From the NCBI RefSeq assembly GCF_018977255.1, contig NW_024704743.1, forward strand, positions 116,004,001 through 116,068,000: a DNA stretch of 64,000 bases, given 5' to 3'. This stretch comes from Callorhinchus milii. Its lineage: Eukaryota. How positions within the stretch are numbered: the first letter of the stretch is position 1; the number at the start of each line of letters is the position of its first letter. The translations under genes were made by a program, and so were the position numbers. Below the pieces are notes generated by a model that saw only the letters and a list, made by a program, of their open reading frames with translations, did not search any database and was not told the origin of the DNA. Shown here one piece after another: positions 35,478 to 48,347 of the stretch.

Positions 35478-36884
35478 CCCGAGGTCCTTTCCTGCTTATT
35501 GAGGTGGATGTTAAACACAAGAAAAGGAAAAAATAACTCGTCAGTGCGTGCATTTTAATGGACTCTTTTAAAAGGTTACAACAATTTGCATCCATCAGCT
35601 TGTGAGGGGGGTGAGAAGAAGGGAGTGAAAGATTTTTAAAAAAAACCTTTGAAGCCCAAAGTAATGAATGAATGAGATGCTCTGACATTTGCATCTCTCG
35701 CCAAGTTCTGAATTGCTGCGGAAAAAAATCATTTTAAAAGCCATTGATTTTAATATCAAAAGGGAATAAAAAGTGACTTCAAGCAATTCATCAAATGCTC
35801 TGTGTTCTGGGGAGAAAATTGAATAAGCCATAGTAGTTTAAGATAGGAACATGTAAGCACTTAGAAACTGCACTTTAATTTGATTGTAAAGACGAACCGG
35901 GGCGCATTGTTTAACAACAAATGCTCAAGATACAACACTTAATAGCTTTAATGTGCAAGGCACAACGTTCACACTTTCTCACATTTTTATCCTCCGTGGA
36001 CATACTAACAAAATTATAATAAATAATAATAATCCTCGCTTTTGATATAGGGCCTTATCACGTCGTTGATACGTCTCAAAGCACTTCACAGAATATATTG
36101 TAAAGTGAATTGATTATATTTTGTGGAATGAAACACGAGGATTTTGCTTAGTAACTTGCATGTTCATCTGGAATTAGCGTTAAGGTACCCACTGCCAAAA
36201 CATTCATCAATGGGTGGACTTTTACAAGAAGTGATCATTCAATTCAATGATAGGACCCTAACTGTGGAAAATCTATTGGAAAAATCAATGCAAAATTCAC
36301 ACCGCAGAATGTGAAGCACAAAATAAAGAGCTAAAGGTCAAAGGAGAAGATTAGTCATGGCAAGTGATGAGGCATTCAGCAGTCTTAAGGCTCTATATTG
36401 AGTTGTGAGCTCTGGGCTGTGTCCATATGCAGCATTGATGTTTGTGTCACTGACCCCTTATGAAGCAATTGGACTTTGAAATACCCCATCCTCTAATGAT
36501 GATTTATAATGGAGAAATTCCCACTGAAAGAGCAGTGGTCAAAGTCACTGGATTTCAGGGCAAAAGGACCTTGTCATTTACGTTCAGCCTTTGGGTGTCA
36601 GTCTGGCTCAGTTAGCAGCACTCTTGCCTCTGACTGTGGTAGGCTGTGCTTTCAAGCCCATTGTTAGGGACTTTGAACTAACACATCTAGGCAGAGCCCA
36701 CCAGAAAGCTCGGAGGGTGTTCCTGGTATCTGCCATCCACCTAGTGAGGGCACAAACCTGCACTTCTCGGATGTCAAATAACCTACTTCTGATTATCCTC
36801 CTTGTGGGAGGTAAGCAAGGTCGTCTTGGAGCTGAACTGATTCGAAGGTGAAATATTTGGCGATGGAATGACAGAATTGAGCCA

Positions 36885-37105
36885 GCTCTCTGTGACGGTC
36901 TCAGATGTCCAGTCCCTAAGCCAGGAAGTTCCATACTACTCCAGAACAGTGCTGATAGCACAGCCAGCCTGGCTCATCAGCAGGACCTGGAAGGGCAGAC
37001 CAGGGGCAGATATTCTTCCCACTCAGCTCCTGTTAACCCTGCAAGCCAAAGCTCTAATGGGTAGGGTGGTCCTAGCTGGACAAGCAGCAGGAAAGCTTGG
37101 CAGAT
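36885..37105 (+). repeat. Unclassified dispersed repeat X (other copies 24606-24715 +, 43495-43620 -, 62265-62470 +)
   Basis: Shared blocks gtga(c/t)ggtctca, tcca-a-tactcca, attcttcccactc, aagccaaagc, agggtggtcct(a/g)gctggacaa(g/c)cagcagga. Confidence 0.75.
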
Positions 37106-37398
37106 GGTACCTTGGTTTATTGTCTCAGCCGAAGGGATGACACCACCAACAAAGAAGCGCTCCCCCAGCACTTCAGTATAGTGTCAGCTGAGACAGCATG
37201 AGCTCAAAGTTCTGATGTAGCTCTGGAATCCGCAACCTTCTGATTCAGAGGCAAGAGCTCTCCCAACTGAGCTAGGTTGACACTTAAAAGCACAAAGATC
37301 TCAATGTATAATGGTAAAGCAAATGAGATTTATTTTCCAAAAAGCTTTTGTTGGATAATTTTCCGTTTCTACCTTCTTTGTATACTTCTGCAATTGGA

Positions 37399-37770
37399 TG
37401 TTAGTTCATTCAAGCAATAAACACAGTCACACAGTTCAATCACTAAGAGTACATTTATTCAACTAACTCAGGACCAGTCAGTTCAGTCTGGTACAGAGTT
37501 AGGGTCGTAGCTTCACCAAGCTGACGACCCCGTTGTGGGATTCAACAATGGCATTTATACAAGTATGGGGAGGATCCTTCTCCTCCAATCGTTAGATTTG
37601 GTCATAGGTGACAATGTGGTCGAGACATAGGATGTGTATTGGGCAACTATCCATTGTCTCATACTCCAAGGCTGCGGTTAGTCTGCGCATATATCTGTTG
37701 ATTCGGGCCTACTTCCTTCATGGAACCAGTCGTAACTGGCTCCATGCAGTTGAGCTGTACGTTTATAACA
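37399..37770 (-). mobile_element. Probable solo LTR
   Basis: TGTTA...TAACA termini; on minus strand a TATA-like GTATAAAT (37553-37560) precedes AATAAA (37454-37459) and a GT-rich U5-like end; no clear TSD. Confidence 0.55.
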
Positions 37771-39199
37771 CAGCCTGCCAAGCTTCTCATTGCAGGGTTT
37801 ACTAAAGGTTATAACTTTGTGCCTTTTTATCCATCAGCTTTACCTCTGCCTGAAAAGCGACTGCATGATTGGAGCATTAAACAATAGCTGATCTAAGTAT
37901 TCTTGTATTTTTTAAAATTTCAGTAATATTCTTGAGCTAAACTCTCAGCTTAGTGTTTCACTGCGCTATTATTGGACAGCCAGGTTCATTGACATGCGCT
38001 GGCAGGATAGAGCATTGCAGCACAGCTAGCCTTTGATTTACGAGAAGCTGAATTGTCAATCACTAGACCAGTGAGTGGGATCCAGCTCTTTCAACGAGGC
38101 TGTTCTCTGCACATAATATAGCTAAAGAGCTTCCATTAATACAATCGGCAATGCACCAAATGTGGGAGAAGCGAAGTCGTGGATTTCTGTACCAAGGCAT
38201 GGGAGTCTAGGCTGACCCTCCAGTACAGTACTGGGAGAGCGCTGCTTTGTTGGAGATGCTGTCCTTCGGATGAGACATTTGGGTGAGATAAGTTCCTGTT
38301 CACTTGTTCAAGTGGCTTGGCTTGCAAGCCGGAAAATTCTTCTTTGCAAACCATCCCTGCCTATTCGTAGTTCAGTATATGACACAGTGGAACGAGATTT
38401 TGGAAAGGTTGCTCCAGTGAAAAATATGCCAGGTGTGATTATCAATCTCTATGTAAGAGATTATAACATATCACCACTTCAAAAAAACATGGCAGGAGTC
38501 TGGACAACTGTGGTTTTAGACTAAATGAGTATCTCAGGACTAGTGACAGGTCTGCCCTTCATCCGACCTATACTATGCTTGACCAGGAAGTGCTTGCTAC
38601 TTACTGCTGGGTGCAAACAGCAGGTAAAATGATTTGCTCCCCAGTGCTGACATTCCCTCAATGTAATGAGCATGAGATTGAGGAAACAGAAGCAAACAAA
38701 ATAACGGGTTTAATTGGCAGTGTTTCTTCTGAGGTTTCTTAACAAGAAATGTGTAATTTCCAAAACATCAAATGTGCTGAATAATAATAATAATAATCCT
38801 TGCATTTGATATAGTGCCTTATTGGATCATTGAGATGTCTCAAAGCACTTCACAGAATATACTGTAAAGTGAATTGACTGTAAAGTATATTTTGTGGGTG
38901 AAACACGGCAGCCAATTGTGCACAATGAAGATGCATTGGATGTTTCAGAAACTGTATGATCATACTATACATTTCTTATTAAGAAATACTCTAAATTAAA
39001 TGTTATTTCTTTGATAAAGCAAAATCTGCTTGAACTAAATACTAGCGTATCCCATTTTGACGCTGTTAAAGTTATATATTTGATAACTAATGGTAGATTT
39101 AATAGGGAACTTAACAACAACAAATTATATTTGTATAGCGCCTTTCACGTCAGGAGGATGTCCCAAGGTGCTGACATTTTAGGAGTTTAGGAGGAACTT

Positions 39200-39410
39200 C
39201 TACACACAGCAAGTGGTGAGAATATGGATTTCGCTGCTGAGGAGGAGGAGCATCGATCTATGCAAAAGGAATCTTGATGTATACATGAGAGAGAAGGGAT
39301 TAGAGGGTAAAGGTGAGGAGAATAGGAGGGGTGGGGGCTTCTGTGGTCATGATGTAGGGCTGAAATACACAACCTTCTATTCAGAGGCGTGTATAATTCT
39401 GTGTAACTCT
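39200..39410 (+). mobile_element. Old CR1 3' fragment
   Basis: ttctacacacagcaagtggtgagaatatgga...cttgatgtatacatgagagagaagggattagaggg resembles the end of CR1 ORF2. Confidence 0.65.
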
Positions 39411-39504
39411 GTAGCTCTTCTGTATAGTTTTGATCTATATGTAGCACAGATTCATAGTGGACCTGAAGTGCAATGCACTTTCGATGCTAACTGAATGGCT
39501 ACGT

Positions 39505-39795
39505 GCACGTAGTGCCCAAGCACCGGTTCAATTCCCAAGCAGGGCAAAACCTTAGGCAAGTTTCCTTACTCCACACGGCTCTGTTTACCTAGCAGTAAGT
39601 AGGAACCCGTTTGTCAGTCAATTCACAAATCATTTTCCAGGGGTAAAAAAACATTTGGGCACTCAATGCACAGCTCTTTGTGGCATACTGCTATGTGAAA
39701 TTGACTGCCATGTTTCCCCCACAAATACAGAGTCAATTCACTTTACAATATAATCTGTGATGAGGTGCTATACCAAATGTAAGGATTATTATTAT
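39505..39795 (+). mobile_element. SINE family A, long variant, degraded
   Basis: ggttcaattccc...ggcaagtttccttactccacacggctctgtttacctagcagtaagtaggaaccc. Confidence 0.85.
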
Positions 39796-41399
39796 CTATT
39801 GGTAAAAGCCTTAAAACGGAAGGCAGAGTGTCTGCCGCTGAACATCATTTGCAATGAAGGGGCCGGCCAGTGTAACAATGTGATAGGGCCAGGATGAACC
39901 TGTTGCTACCTTAACAAAAAATATATGTGATCGGAAGCAGTGTTGGTGGTTGTGAGTGAGTGAGGAAGGTGGGGATTCTGGTCCGGCTCCGTGAAATGAA
40001 TCTTTTCAAGTTAATAACAAAGAGCATAAACATGTTAGCCGTGCAGGTACCAAAAGACCATTCCTTACTGCAATATATTGTATGGTACTTAGCCAACTCT
40101 GCTCGATCACAGTCACGTTTCAGCTTAGAACACATCCAATTTAGGTATTTGAGTCCCATTAGGTTTCAGGGGTCTTTTCTTTTCTATTTATAATTAGAAA
40201 AAACTTTCATTTATTTTTATAATGCTTTTATAATGAGGCCTTGAGGTCCCACAGATAGCCACGAAGTGAGGAATGGGTATTAAACTGGGAGAAATGCCCT
40301 TTTTTTTCGAATAATGTCACTATAATAATAATAATTCTTGCGTTTGATATAGCATCTCACGTTGTTGAGATGTCTCAAAGCGTTTCACAGAACATGCTGT
40401 AAAGTGAATTGACTGTATTTTGTGGGCGATGTCCAACTGAGGACAGATGAGAGCTTGATTTAATGCCTCAGCTGAAAACTGGAATCTTCGACAATGCTAC
40501 ATTCCCCCAACACTGTGATGATCCTAATAAGTCAAGACCAACTTGGGCTCAGCACCCAGGACTTGTATGTACAGCCCCCCCACCTATCTAAAACACCTGC
40601 CCTTGTCCGACAATACAAATGTCTTTAATTTTCTTATAAAGTCCCTTATGTAAAAGCCATTAAGAAAAAAAGATGTATGGTTATAATACAGTTTAATATT
40701 GGTCTAAGTACACTACTGCAGACAGGCAGAATGACAGCCTGTCTTATCCTTCCCACTTTGTTTAAATTGTGATGGATGAGTGCATTAAATTTTGAATTTC
40801 AATGCACAATCCCAATAACTCTTATTCAATGCAATTACAAATGCACATCCTATCAACAAATGTTCCGAATTTATCTCAATCCAAAACAATTTGACATTTC
40901 ACATTTAAGATAAAGCACAGACTGTCTCAGACAATTTGTAGCAAGTTCCCCCACGTCCCATTGTACAATTTTGCAGTATTCGTTTCAGATTAACCGGTGA
41001 TAATTTTTTTCTGCGCATGGAGAGCTCAGGGTGGGGAGGAGGGGGGCACTTGGGGTAAAACCCCAGCTACCTTAGCATTGGGCACAGCACAGGGGTTTCT
41101 TTGGTTTCCCTCCACTCCCTTGCCCAACTTTTCCAACCTGCTTTCCCCCCACTCAACTACCCACCACCTCCGAGATGCTACCCATGTGAAGGGCGGTATA
41201 TAAGTGCTAGTTCTAGCATTGCTCTTCCTCAGAGCTGGCACAGGCACGGAACCAACTGTTCATCTCTTGTGCTGTAAAACTCGATTGTGTGTAGCATTGA
41301 TTGAGAGTATGTAAACTGTGGATCAGGGAATCACCTGGTGCAGCAAGGATACATGTTTGTGCCGGATTATCTGATCTTAGCAGAAGGAGGACTTGCTTT

Positions 41400-41620
41400 G
41401 GGTGCTAGCCTGTCTCAGTTGGTGGCACCCATTCCTCTGATTTACAATATTGTGGGGCCAAGCCCCATTTTGGGACTTTGAGCTCACAATCTCGGCTGAC
41501 GGTCCATTGCAATGCTGGGGAGAACGCTGCATGGTTGGAGTTGCCAACACTGGTCCTTCGGATGAGATGTTAAACTGAAGTCCAGTCTGCCTGCTCAGGT
41601 GGACGTTAAAGACCTCATTG
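41400..41620 (+). mobile_element. SINE family B, 5' half
   Basis: ccttcggatgagatgttaaactgaag...ctgctcaggtggacgttaaaga. Confidence 0.75.
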
Positions 41621-42442
41621 CTCAATACAACCCTATGCACCTTGCAGAATTCTGTAAGGGCAAAATCATTCGCACAGTTAAACCTTCTTTATCTGGACTT
41701 TTGATAAATTCCCCCCTTTATGTTTGTATCTCCCTCTGTTTCGGGTGCCAATTCCTGAGCCCTCCCGTGACAGGATGAACAGCACTGAACATATCCCATG
41801 CTCAGCAGACACTGCTGTTTTGTAGACAAGGTGCTCAAGCCATACATCCTCAAACACCCAAACCTTTAACTAGCAACTTACAAGTCACATATCAGCTTTC
41901 TAACCATAGTCAGCACACTGTGTTGCGTGTATTTAACAATCAGAGATTGTGGATCTTAAATCTTCTTAAGAAACCTTAAGCATTGGCTTCACATTTAACA
42001 TTTAAGATTGTAGAATTTGGAAAATTCTTAAATTCAGTTTTAATGTAGAAACCACTTGTCCGCCAGTCTTTAAAAGAGATTGATTTTAGCCCCAACTACT
42101 CAGATCAGTTAAACAAGAGACTCAAACCCACAGCTTGCATGGCCTTGTGATGCACTGGCATTGCCTTTACTCACTACCAAATACACAGTCACTACACGTT
42201 AATGTAAATCTGTGAAGCATTTTGAGACATCCTTCAGATGTAAACGTCAGATCAAATCCAAGGATTATTATTTTAGTTTTATTAGCACTCTCCAATAGTG
42301 GGTCAGTGATAAGGTGTGACATCAAATGTAATTAATTTGTTATTATTCCCTCACTCTTGTCCAGGAAAAGGGAACTGCCCCAACTCCCACTGTGGCCAAG
42401 ATCAAGCTTTTCACTGCACACCCTCTAGTGTGTACGCTTTTG

Positions 42443-42735
42443 CAGGCTGGTCCAAACTTTTGGCTGCTGAGGGCCGGATGTCCTATTTGAGAAATGTCTG
42501 TGGGTCTCATTAGCAATATTTTTGCCTTTCCCTTCCAGAAACATAACATCATTTACGGGTTATAGAGGGAGTGGGTGGGCCAGGTGAAGGGTGGGGGGTT
42601 GGGTGGGGCTGGATGAAAATAGCTTGAGGTGAAGGATTCGATTGTGGAATAGGGGCCATCTGAGAACTTGCCTCTCCCAGCTGGCACTAGCTTAGTACTT
42701 CCCTCGTGGAGGGATTGTCGGCTGGAAGATCCTGC
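42443..42735 (+). mobile_element. hAT/Charlie-like non-autonomous DNA element, copy 2
   Basis: CAGGCTGGTCCAAACTTTTGGCTGCTGAGGGCC start; shares ttcccttccagaaacataacat with copy 1. Confidence 0.6.
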
Positions 42736-44029
42736 ATTAAACAAGCCCAGTGGGAGTGCATATTTGGGACTAATTGTGGTGGCAATGAGCCTGGAGTTCA
42801 TGTTGATCGTTGCCACCTGTGTGGCACAGAATGTGATTTGACAAAAACAAGTGAGAGCCCGAACTGCTGCCTGTGATCAGTCAGCCTTTGTGCGGTGCTA
42901 ACTTTAGACTGTACTTCCTCCAACCAATGTGATTTCTTATATTAACGCAATTACTCAATGCTGAGAGAAGCTATGCCTGGTGCGGAAAGGTAATTGATTC
43001 AGCGTTCAGACTTAATGTCAAGTCATTTAAGCAGTGGCAATTTAAACCAGTATAGTTTAATTCTGCGGATGTCAACCAAAGGACAAGGAAATGGGTGGCA
43101 ACCTTTTCTTACTATTGTTTTGGAACCTGAGAACCTCTCTCCTGCCACAGTTGTTGAAAGCAGTTGTTGAAAGCAACTATCTATCACAACGTCACTGTTT
43201 ATTTGTAGGTAAAAGTGTGCCAGAAAATGCAGTCATATACTCCAGCAACTGGGTGTGGATGAACTTTGCTTTCTAAACTCTTTTCCCCCCCATGTATGTT
43301 TCTTCAGATTTATTTTAATAGAGTCTCCTTACACCTCACCCCCACCGCTCCCCCCTCGCCTTGGATTATAAATTATAAAGTTTCTTTCCCCTGTTTCTCG
43401 TCAAAATTTTCTCCTTTCAAGGCCCGTAACCCCACCTACCTTTAGCCTCAAAGACCACTTCATATTAAAATTAAGATTGTCAGAATTTGGGAGGAATCCT
43501 TGCACTCAGTGTCTAACTCCTACCAACGAGCCAAGCTGGCTCGTCTGTCATCAGCAATGCCCTGGAGTACTGTGGACCTGCTTAGCTCAGGAACCAGACT
43601 ACTGAGACCGCAACAGAGGGTTAATTTGATTTCACCAGCTCATCCACGAGGTGACCCTGCTTACTCCCACACATTCCCTTCCCTCCCTTCCTCCCTCCCC
43701 AAGTGTAGTGAAAGTTACTTAGAGCATAAACATGGGTGCAGATCTGACTCTCTCGTCTGCAACACACATGCTTCAGTTGCATTGTAATCATGTTACACGC
43801 CAATGACATGCGTTTCAAGGGATTTGCATCTTCACAGTATGGGTTAGTGAAGATGAAAGTGGTTTGCCAAGTGCTACCCCTTTAAGCTCAGAGACTGAGA
43901 ATGAACCAAAGAATAATTCATTTTCAAGGCTGCAACTGACGTGCTTATTTATAGCCAGCTTCTTTTTTTTAAAGATATCTTCAGCTGAACAAGGCCAGAA
44001 CAAATTGATGTGATACTGCTGAAATCACT

Positions 44030-44484
44030 GTCTCTCTTTCCCTGGACCAAACTCCGTACCCACGTCTCACCAAGTCTGGCCCAGCTCCACAGGGTCCCCG
44101 TGACCGAACGGATCGACTTCAAGATCCACAACTCATTCAAATCCCTTCACTCTCTGGCACTCCCTACCTCTCCGACCTCCTCACTCCCCAATCCACCACC
44201 CAGCACTCCGCTCAACTGGCAGTGGCCTCCTGCGTGAACCTCGCACCCACCGCTCCACCATCAGAGGTTGCACTTTCAGTCACTACCCCCCGAAACTCTG
44301 GAACACTCTCCCTTAATCTCTCTGCTTTGCCCCCTCCCCTTTTTTAAGTCCCACCTTCCTCTTCGACCATGCTTACGCCCAACTCCCCAACCCCCCCGGC
44401 TTAGGAGTCATGCTCCGCCACTGTTAAGTACTCTGAGATGCTACCCTGTGTGGAGGGTGCTATATAATTGCAAGTTGTTGTTGT
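44030..44484 (+). mobile_element. L2 3' fragment, subfamily b
   Basis: HVSPSLAQLHRVPVTERIDFKI (L2 HITP..LHWLPV..RI.FKI motif); (TTG)n end. Confidence 0.88.
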
Positions 44485-46100
44485 ACCCTGCGAAATAAAC
44501 AAACAAACTCGTGAATAACGGCCCACGAGTTGCCAATTGGCAAAATGACAATTGATGGGGTTGGCTGTAACCTACAGCTGTTTTACCAACAGGATTGATT
44601 GTCAACATCTCCGAGGTCATGAATCGACTTTACAGTGTATCCTGTGAAGCGCTTTGAGACTTATAGGGATGGGATGGACACTGAGCAAGGGAAGGGGAGT
44701 AGGGGGACTACAGGCATGGTTAAAGAGATAGGTTTCAACAACAACACCTTGCATTTATATCGTGCCCTTCATGTGGGCAGCATCTCAGAGCGCTTAATAT
44801 TATAACTTAGACCCTAATATTATTACGAAAATTCCTGTGAGTCTCTAAGATATCTCGACGATGTTGATAAGGCACCATATCAAATGCAAGTATTATTATT
44901 ATTAGCATTATTATCTTATTTGACTTCAATTCTGCATTCCTTAGGTCTACAGTTTAATATTTCCTCTGAGGACTGCGGTACCCATTATGATACAAGCCAC
45001 CATTTAATAATGCACATCTTACAAAGAAAGCCTGACATTTGATATTTTCCAGAAACGTCCATGTTCCTGACGCTTATTGAGAACATTTAATTTTCTTTTT
45101 TGAAATTGCACACTGTGCGGTCGAGTTACTACAGAAGCCCTCCTCTGCAATCACACTCAAATTCACTTGCCAACCTTTGAGTGCTGACATTTTTTTTGTT
45201 TCTGCGACTTTCACAATACGCCCTGATTTTCTGTCACAACAATTACCTGAGCTGCTGTTGCTTTGAATTGGTAGTGTGGTCTTAGAAATATGGTGAAGCA
45301 ACAGTCTTATTAATAAGCTGAGAAATGATAATCTTCAGCCTCTTTTAACATTTGCGTGTGCACAATATCTCTTGTCATGGCCAAAGAACACAGTAAGTGC
45401 ATCTGTGAGCCACCTTCCTTTCATAGCTATACTTTGGCTTCAGTTGCAATACAAGTAGGAACAAATCTTCTGTGTGGTTCCCTCTGTCAGTCAGGGTTAT
45501 GTCTGCTCAGCTTTGTGGATGGAAGCTCTTTCTTATATTATTTGACTGAAACCAATCGTCACTGCAGCAAAGTGGATTGGTTTATCAGTGACACTCCACT
45601 GGCGTAGTGGAAATACACCATGCTCCAATAAGCATTTTAAAAGTACTCTAAGGATGAATCTCAACAAGGAAACCAGGACTGAGGTGAGCGATAGGGGAGC
45701 TGAATATTAGTTTTTGCTCTCGGACATGATTTAAGGATGAATTTAGGATTACCAGCAACACAGCTTGCTTGGCCACAGTCACTAGGACAACATCCAATGG
45801 GAGCCAAAGCCCTGAAAGATTTGCTCATTATAATGGAGGCCTCCTGGAAAGCTTTTCACTTTAAATGTCAGGGGAGAAAATGTGCCCATTGCTAAATGGT
45901 TCGGTCTACATTTATTAGAAGTGGAAGAATCAAACGGAATCATATCAAGTGAAAGTTGGAAAGCCTTTTAGCACACTCCAAGATGTTCCCACTGTAAATG
46001 TTTCTTTGCTTGCCAACGAAGTTACTATTAAACTTAAAATCCTTCCAAGCAGGCAGTGTGACATCTGAATATGGTTCACCATGCAAATTCAGATGTGGGA

Positions 46101-46605
46101 CAACAACAACAAAATTACATTTGTATAGCACCTTTCACATCGGGAGGACATCCTAAGGTGCTGGACAGTCAGTGTTTCAGACCCGAGCAGGGAGTCAGGA
46201 TTGAGGAGGGTGGGGGGGGGCTGAAAAAAGGAAGTGAGGACCAGGATCTTGAACTGTATCCTCTGTGTGATGGGAAGTCAGTAAAGTCGGGCAAGGATGG
46301 GGGTGATAGGGTCATGAAGCCTGGTGTGGGAATGGACATGGGCTGCAGAGTTCTGGATGATCTGCAGCCTGGGAGGAAGGAGTTGGAGAGATCAACAAGC
46401 AAGGAGTTTACAATAGTCAAGCCTCGATGTTATAAATGATATATATGAGGGTTTCGGCAGCCTGCGTTGTGAGACAGTGGTGGAGCCAGGCGATTTTATG
46501 GAGGTGGGGAAGGCAGAGCGGGTCATGGCATGGATGTGGGATAGAAAGGATAATTGAGGGTCAAACAAGACACCAAGATTCCAGACAAAGACGGATGGAT
46601 ACAGA
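46101..46605 (-). mobile_element. L2 3' fragment with internal deletion
   Basis: NLGVLFDPQLSF and ITSRLDYC motifs; L2-a tail. Confidence 0.88.
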
Positions 46606-46764
46606 GTGTTCACTCTTTCACACGTAGAGTTACTCCCAAATGCAATTGTGGCTTATTGGGCGATTCTATTGTTCTTGAGATTATCCACAATAGGGGAGGG
46701 CTTGGTGCGGGCTGTGGAAAGAGCGGGATTCATGGACTCACGTGAATTGTTCCTTGTGTTTTTT

Positions 46765-47220
46765 TGCTGGGCTCAGTTGGTAGTTCATTTAGGTTGAAGC
46801 CCAACATAGGGACTTTGAGCTCACAGTCTAGGCTGACACTCCAATACAATTTTGCCGGGAGCACTCCATTGTCAGAGGTGCGTCCTTCAGAGGAGACGTT
46901 AAACTGAGATCTCGTCTGCCTGTTCAGGTGGATGTTAAAGATCCCATGGCACTGTTCAAAGACAGAAGGGAGTTTTTCCCAGTGTCCAGACCAATAATCC
47001 CTCAAATAAAAGTGGCCATTCACTTGTTGGCTGTTTGTGGAACATTGCTGTGTGCAAATTGGCTGATGTGTTGCCCTACAGATATAGCGTTAACCTTATT
47101 TCATTGTACTTCACAGTGAAATCTTGTGAAGTGCTTTGAGTTAACTTAATTTAACTTTGAGTGACGTCTCGTTGATGTGATAATGCACTGTATAAAATAC
47201 AAGGATGACAATTATTAAGT
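46765..47220 (+). mobile_element. SINE family B, near full length
   Basis: Head, complete Deu core (gagacgttaaactgag...caggtggatgttaaagatcccatggcact) and tail. Confidence 0.88.
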
Positions 47221-47424
47221 AGATGTACTGTGCTCCGGAAGGGATTATAGTCTTCCGAGTGAGTTGCTCATTTCAGGCAGTGTCTCGAAAGTGTTTGTGC
47301 AGATGCACTTCATATTTTAGTCGTTCAGTCATCTTGGGGTAAAGAACAGGACAGCCCAATCATTCAGTTATGAGGATTTATAAATTCTGAATGATGAGAT
47401 ACATAGATTTGAAGCAATGCTTGG

Positions 47425-47819
47425 GTGGAGTTCCAAAGCATAGTGGCATGCTCGCCTAATGAGCGAGAGGACCTGGATTTGATTCCTGGGCAGGTCGAAA
47501 CCTTAGGAAGATTTCCTTACTCAACACGCCTCTGCTTACCTCGCAGTAAGTAGGAGCCCAGTTGCTAGTCGGTTGGCAGATCGCTTTCCGGGGGTAAGAA
47601 TCCCTACCCCACACCACCTCCCCCTCAAAAAAAAAAAATTTGGTTACTCAGTTCATGATTGTTTGTGGGACACTGCTGTGCAAAATTGGCTGCTGCCCTT
47701 CGCCCACAAAATACCCAGTCAATTCACCTTACAACATATTCTGTGAAGCGCTTTGAGATGCCTAAACGATGTGAAAAGGTGTTATATCAAAAGGAAGGAT
47801 TATTATGATTAATTATTAT
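47425..47819 (+). mobile_element. SINE family A, long variant, ending ~20 nt before the exon acceptor
   Basis: Degraded head, long segment, Deu part, tail. Confidence 0.88.
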
Positions 47820-47840
47820 CTCCCTCTTCTGACTCTGCAG

Positions 47841-47966
47841 GTAGCTGTACCTTTGATACATCTTTCAATGAATGTGGTTACAGTCAGGCAACCGAAGACG
47901 ATGACCTTGACTGGGACCAGATCAACATGGTTTTGAAACCTTCCACGGACCTATGGCTACCAAAAG
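47841..47966 (+). CDS. PTPRM: Internal coding exon (probable exon 2) of a type IIB receptor-type tyrosine phosphatase, PTPRM-like; N-terminal part of MAM domain
   Basis: Acceptor tccctcttctgactctgcag|, donor AAAG|gtgtgt; 126 nt, phase 1-1, no stop. Translation (G)SCTFDTSFNECGYSQATEDDDLDWDQINMVLKPSTDLWLPK(G) has the MAM pattern C-x-F-D...C-G-Y-x-Q...D-D-x-x-W. CGYSQ and KPxxDxWxP best fit PTPRM as I recall it. Family call is firm; exact paralog is less so. Confidence 0.88.
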
Positions 47967-48347
47967 GTGTGTTCTGTTACCATAAGAAGCAGTGTTGACC
48001 AACTAATGACTGTGCGGGCTTATATTCTTTGCACTATGAAGCCATTCTGTGTACTTTGCTTGTGGTTTGCCTGCTCCCCTCACGACGCTGCCCTTGACAC
48101 TCAAATCACATGAGTATTGTTACCCAAACACAGGCTGTCACATACACAGTCTCTCTCTCACACACACATAGTCTCTCGCCAGGGAGTGGGGAGTGCTTGA
48201 CAAGTACAATAACCTGTGTCTGGTGATTCGCTCCTGGAAATAAACAAAGAGATTTTGCCAGGGAAACCCCTGTACACGTGCTTTATCAAAAATATCCTTC
48301 TCTGAGCTTGTGAAGAAAAAGGAAAGCACTTCTGACTATGTCCTATA

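Larger units (their letters stand above)
1..47840 (+). other. Probable intron 1 (3' part) of the PTPRM-like gene
   Basis: No signal-peptide exon or CpG-island promoter recognised upstream of the MAM exon; repeat-rich; R2B phosphatase genes are known for very long first introns. Confidence 0.6.

Noticed and set aside
1..47840. Exon 1 (signal peptide) or promoter of the phosphatase gene
   Set aside because: No CpG island or hydrophobic ATG-initiated exon with a phase-1 donor recognised; a small exon could have been missed by eye
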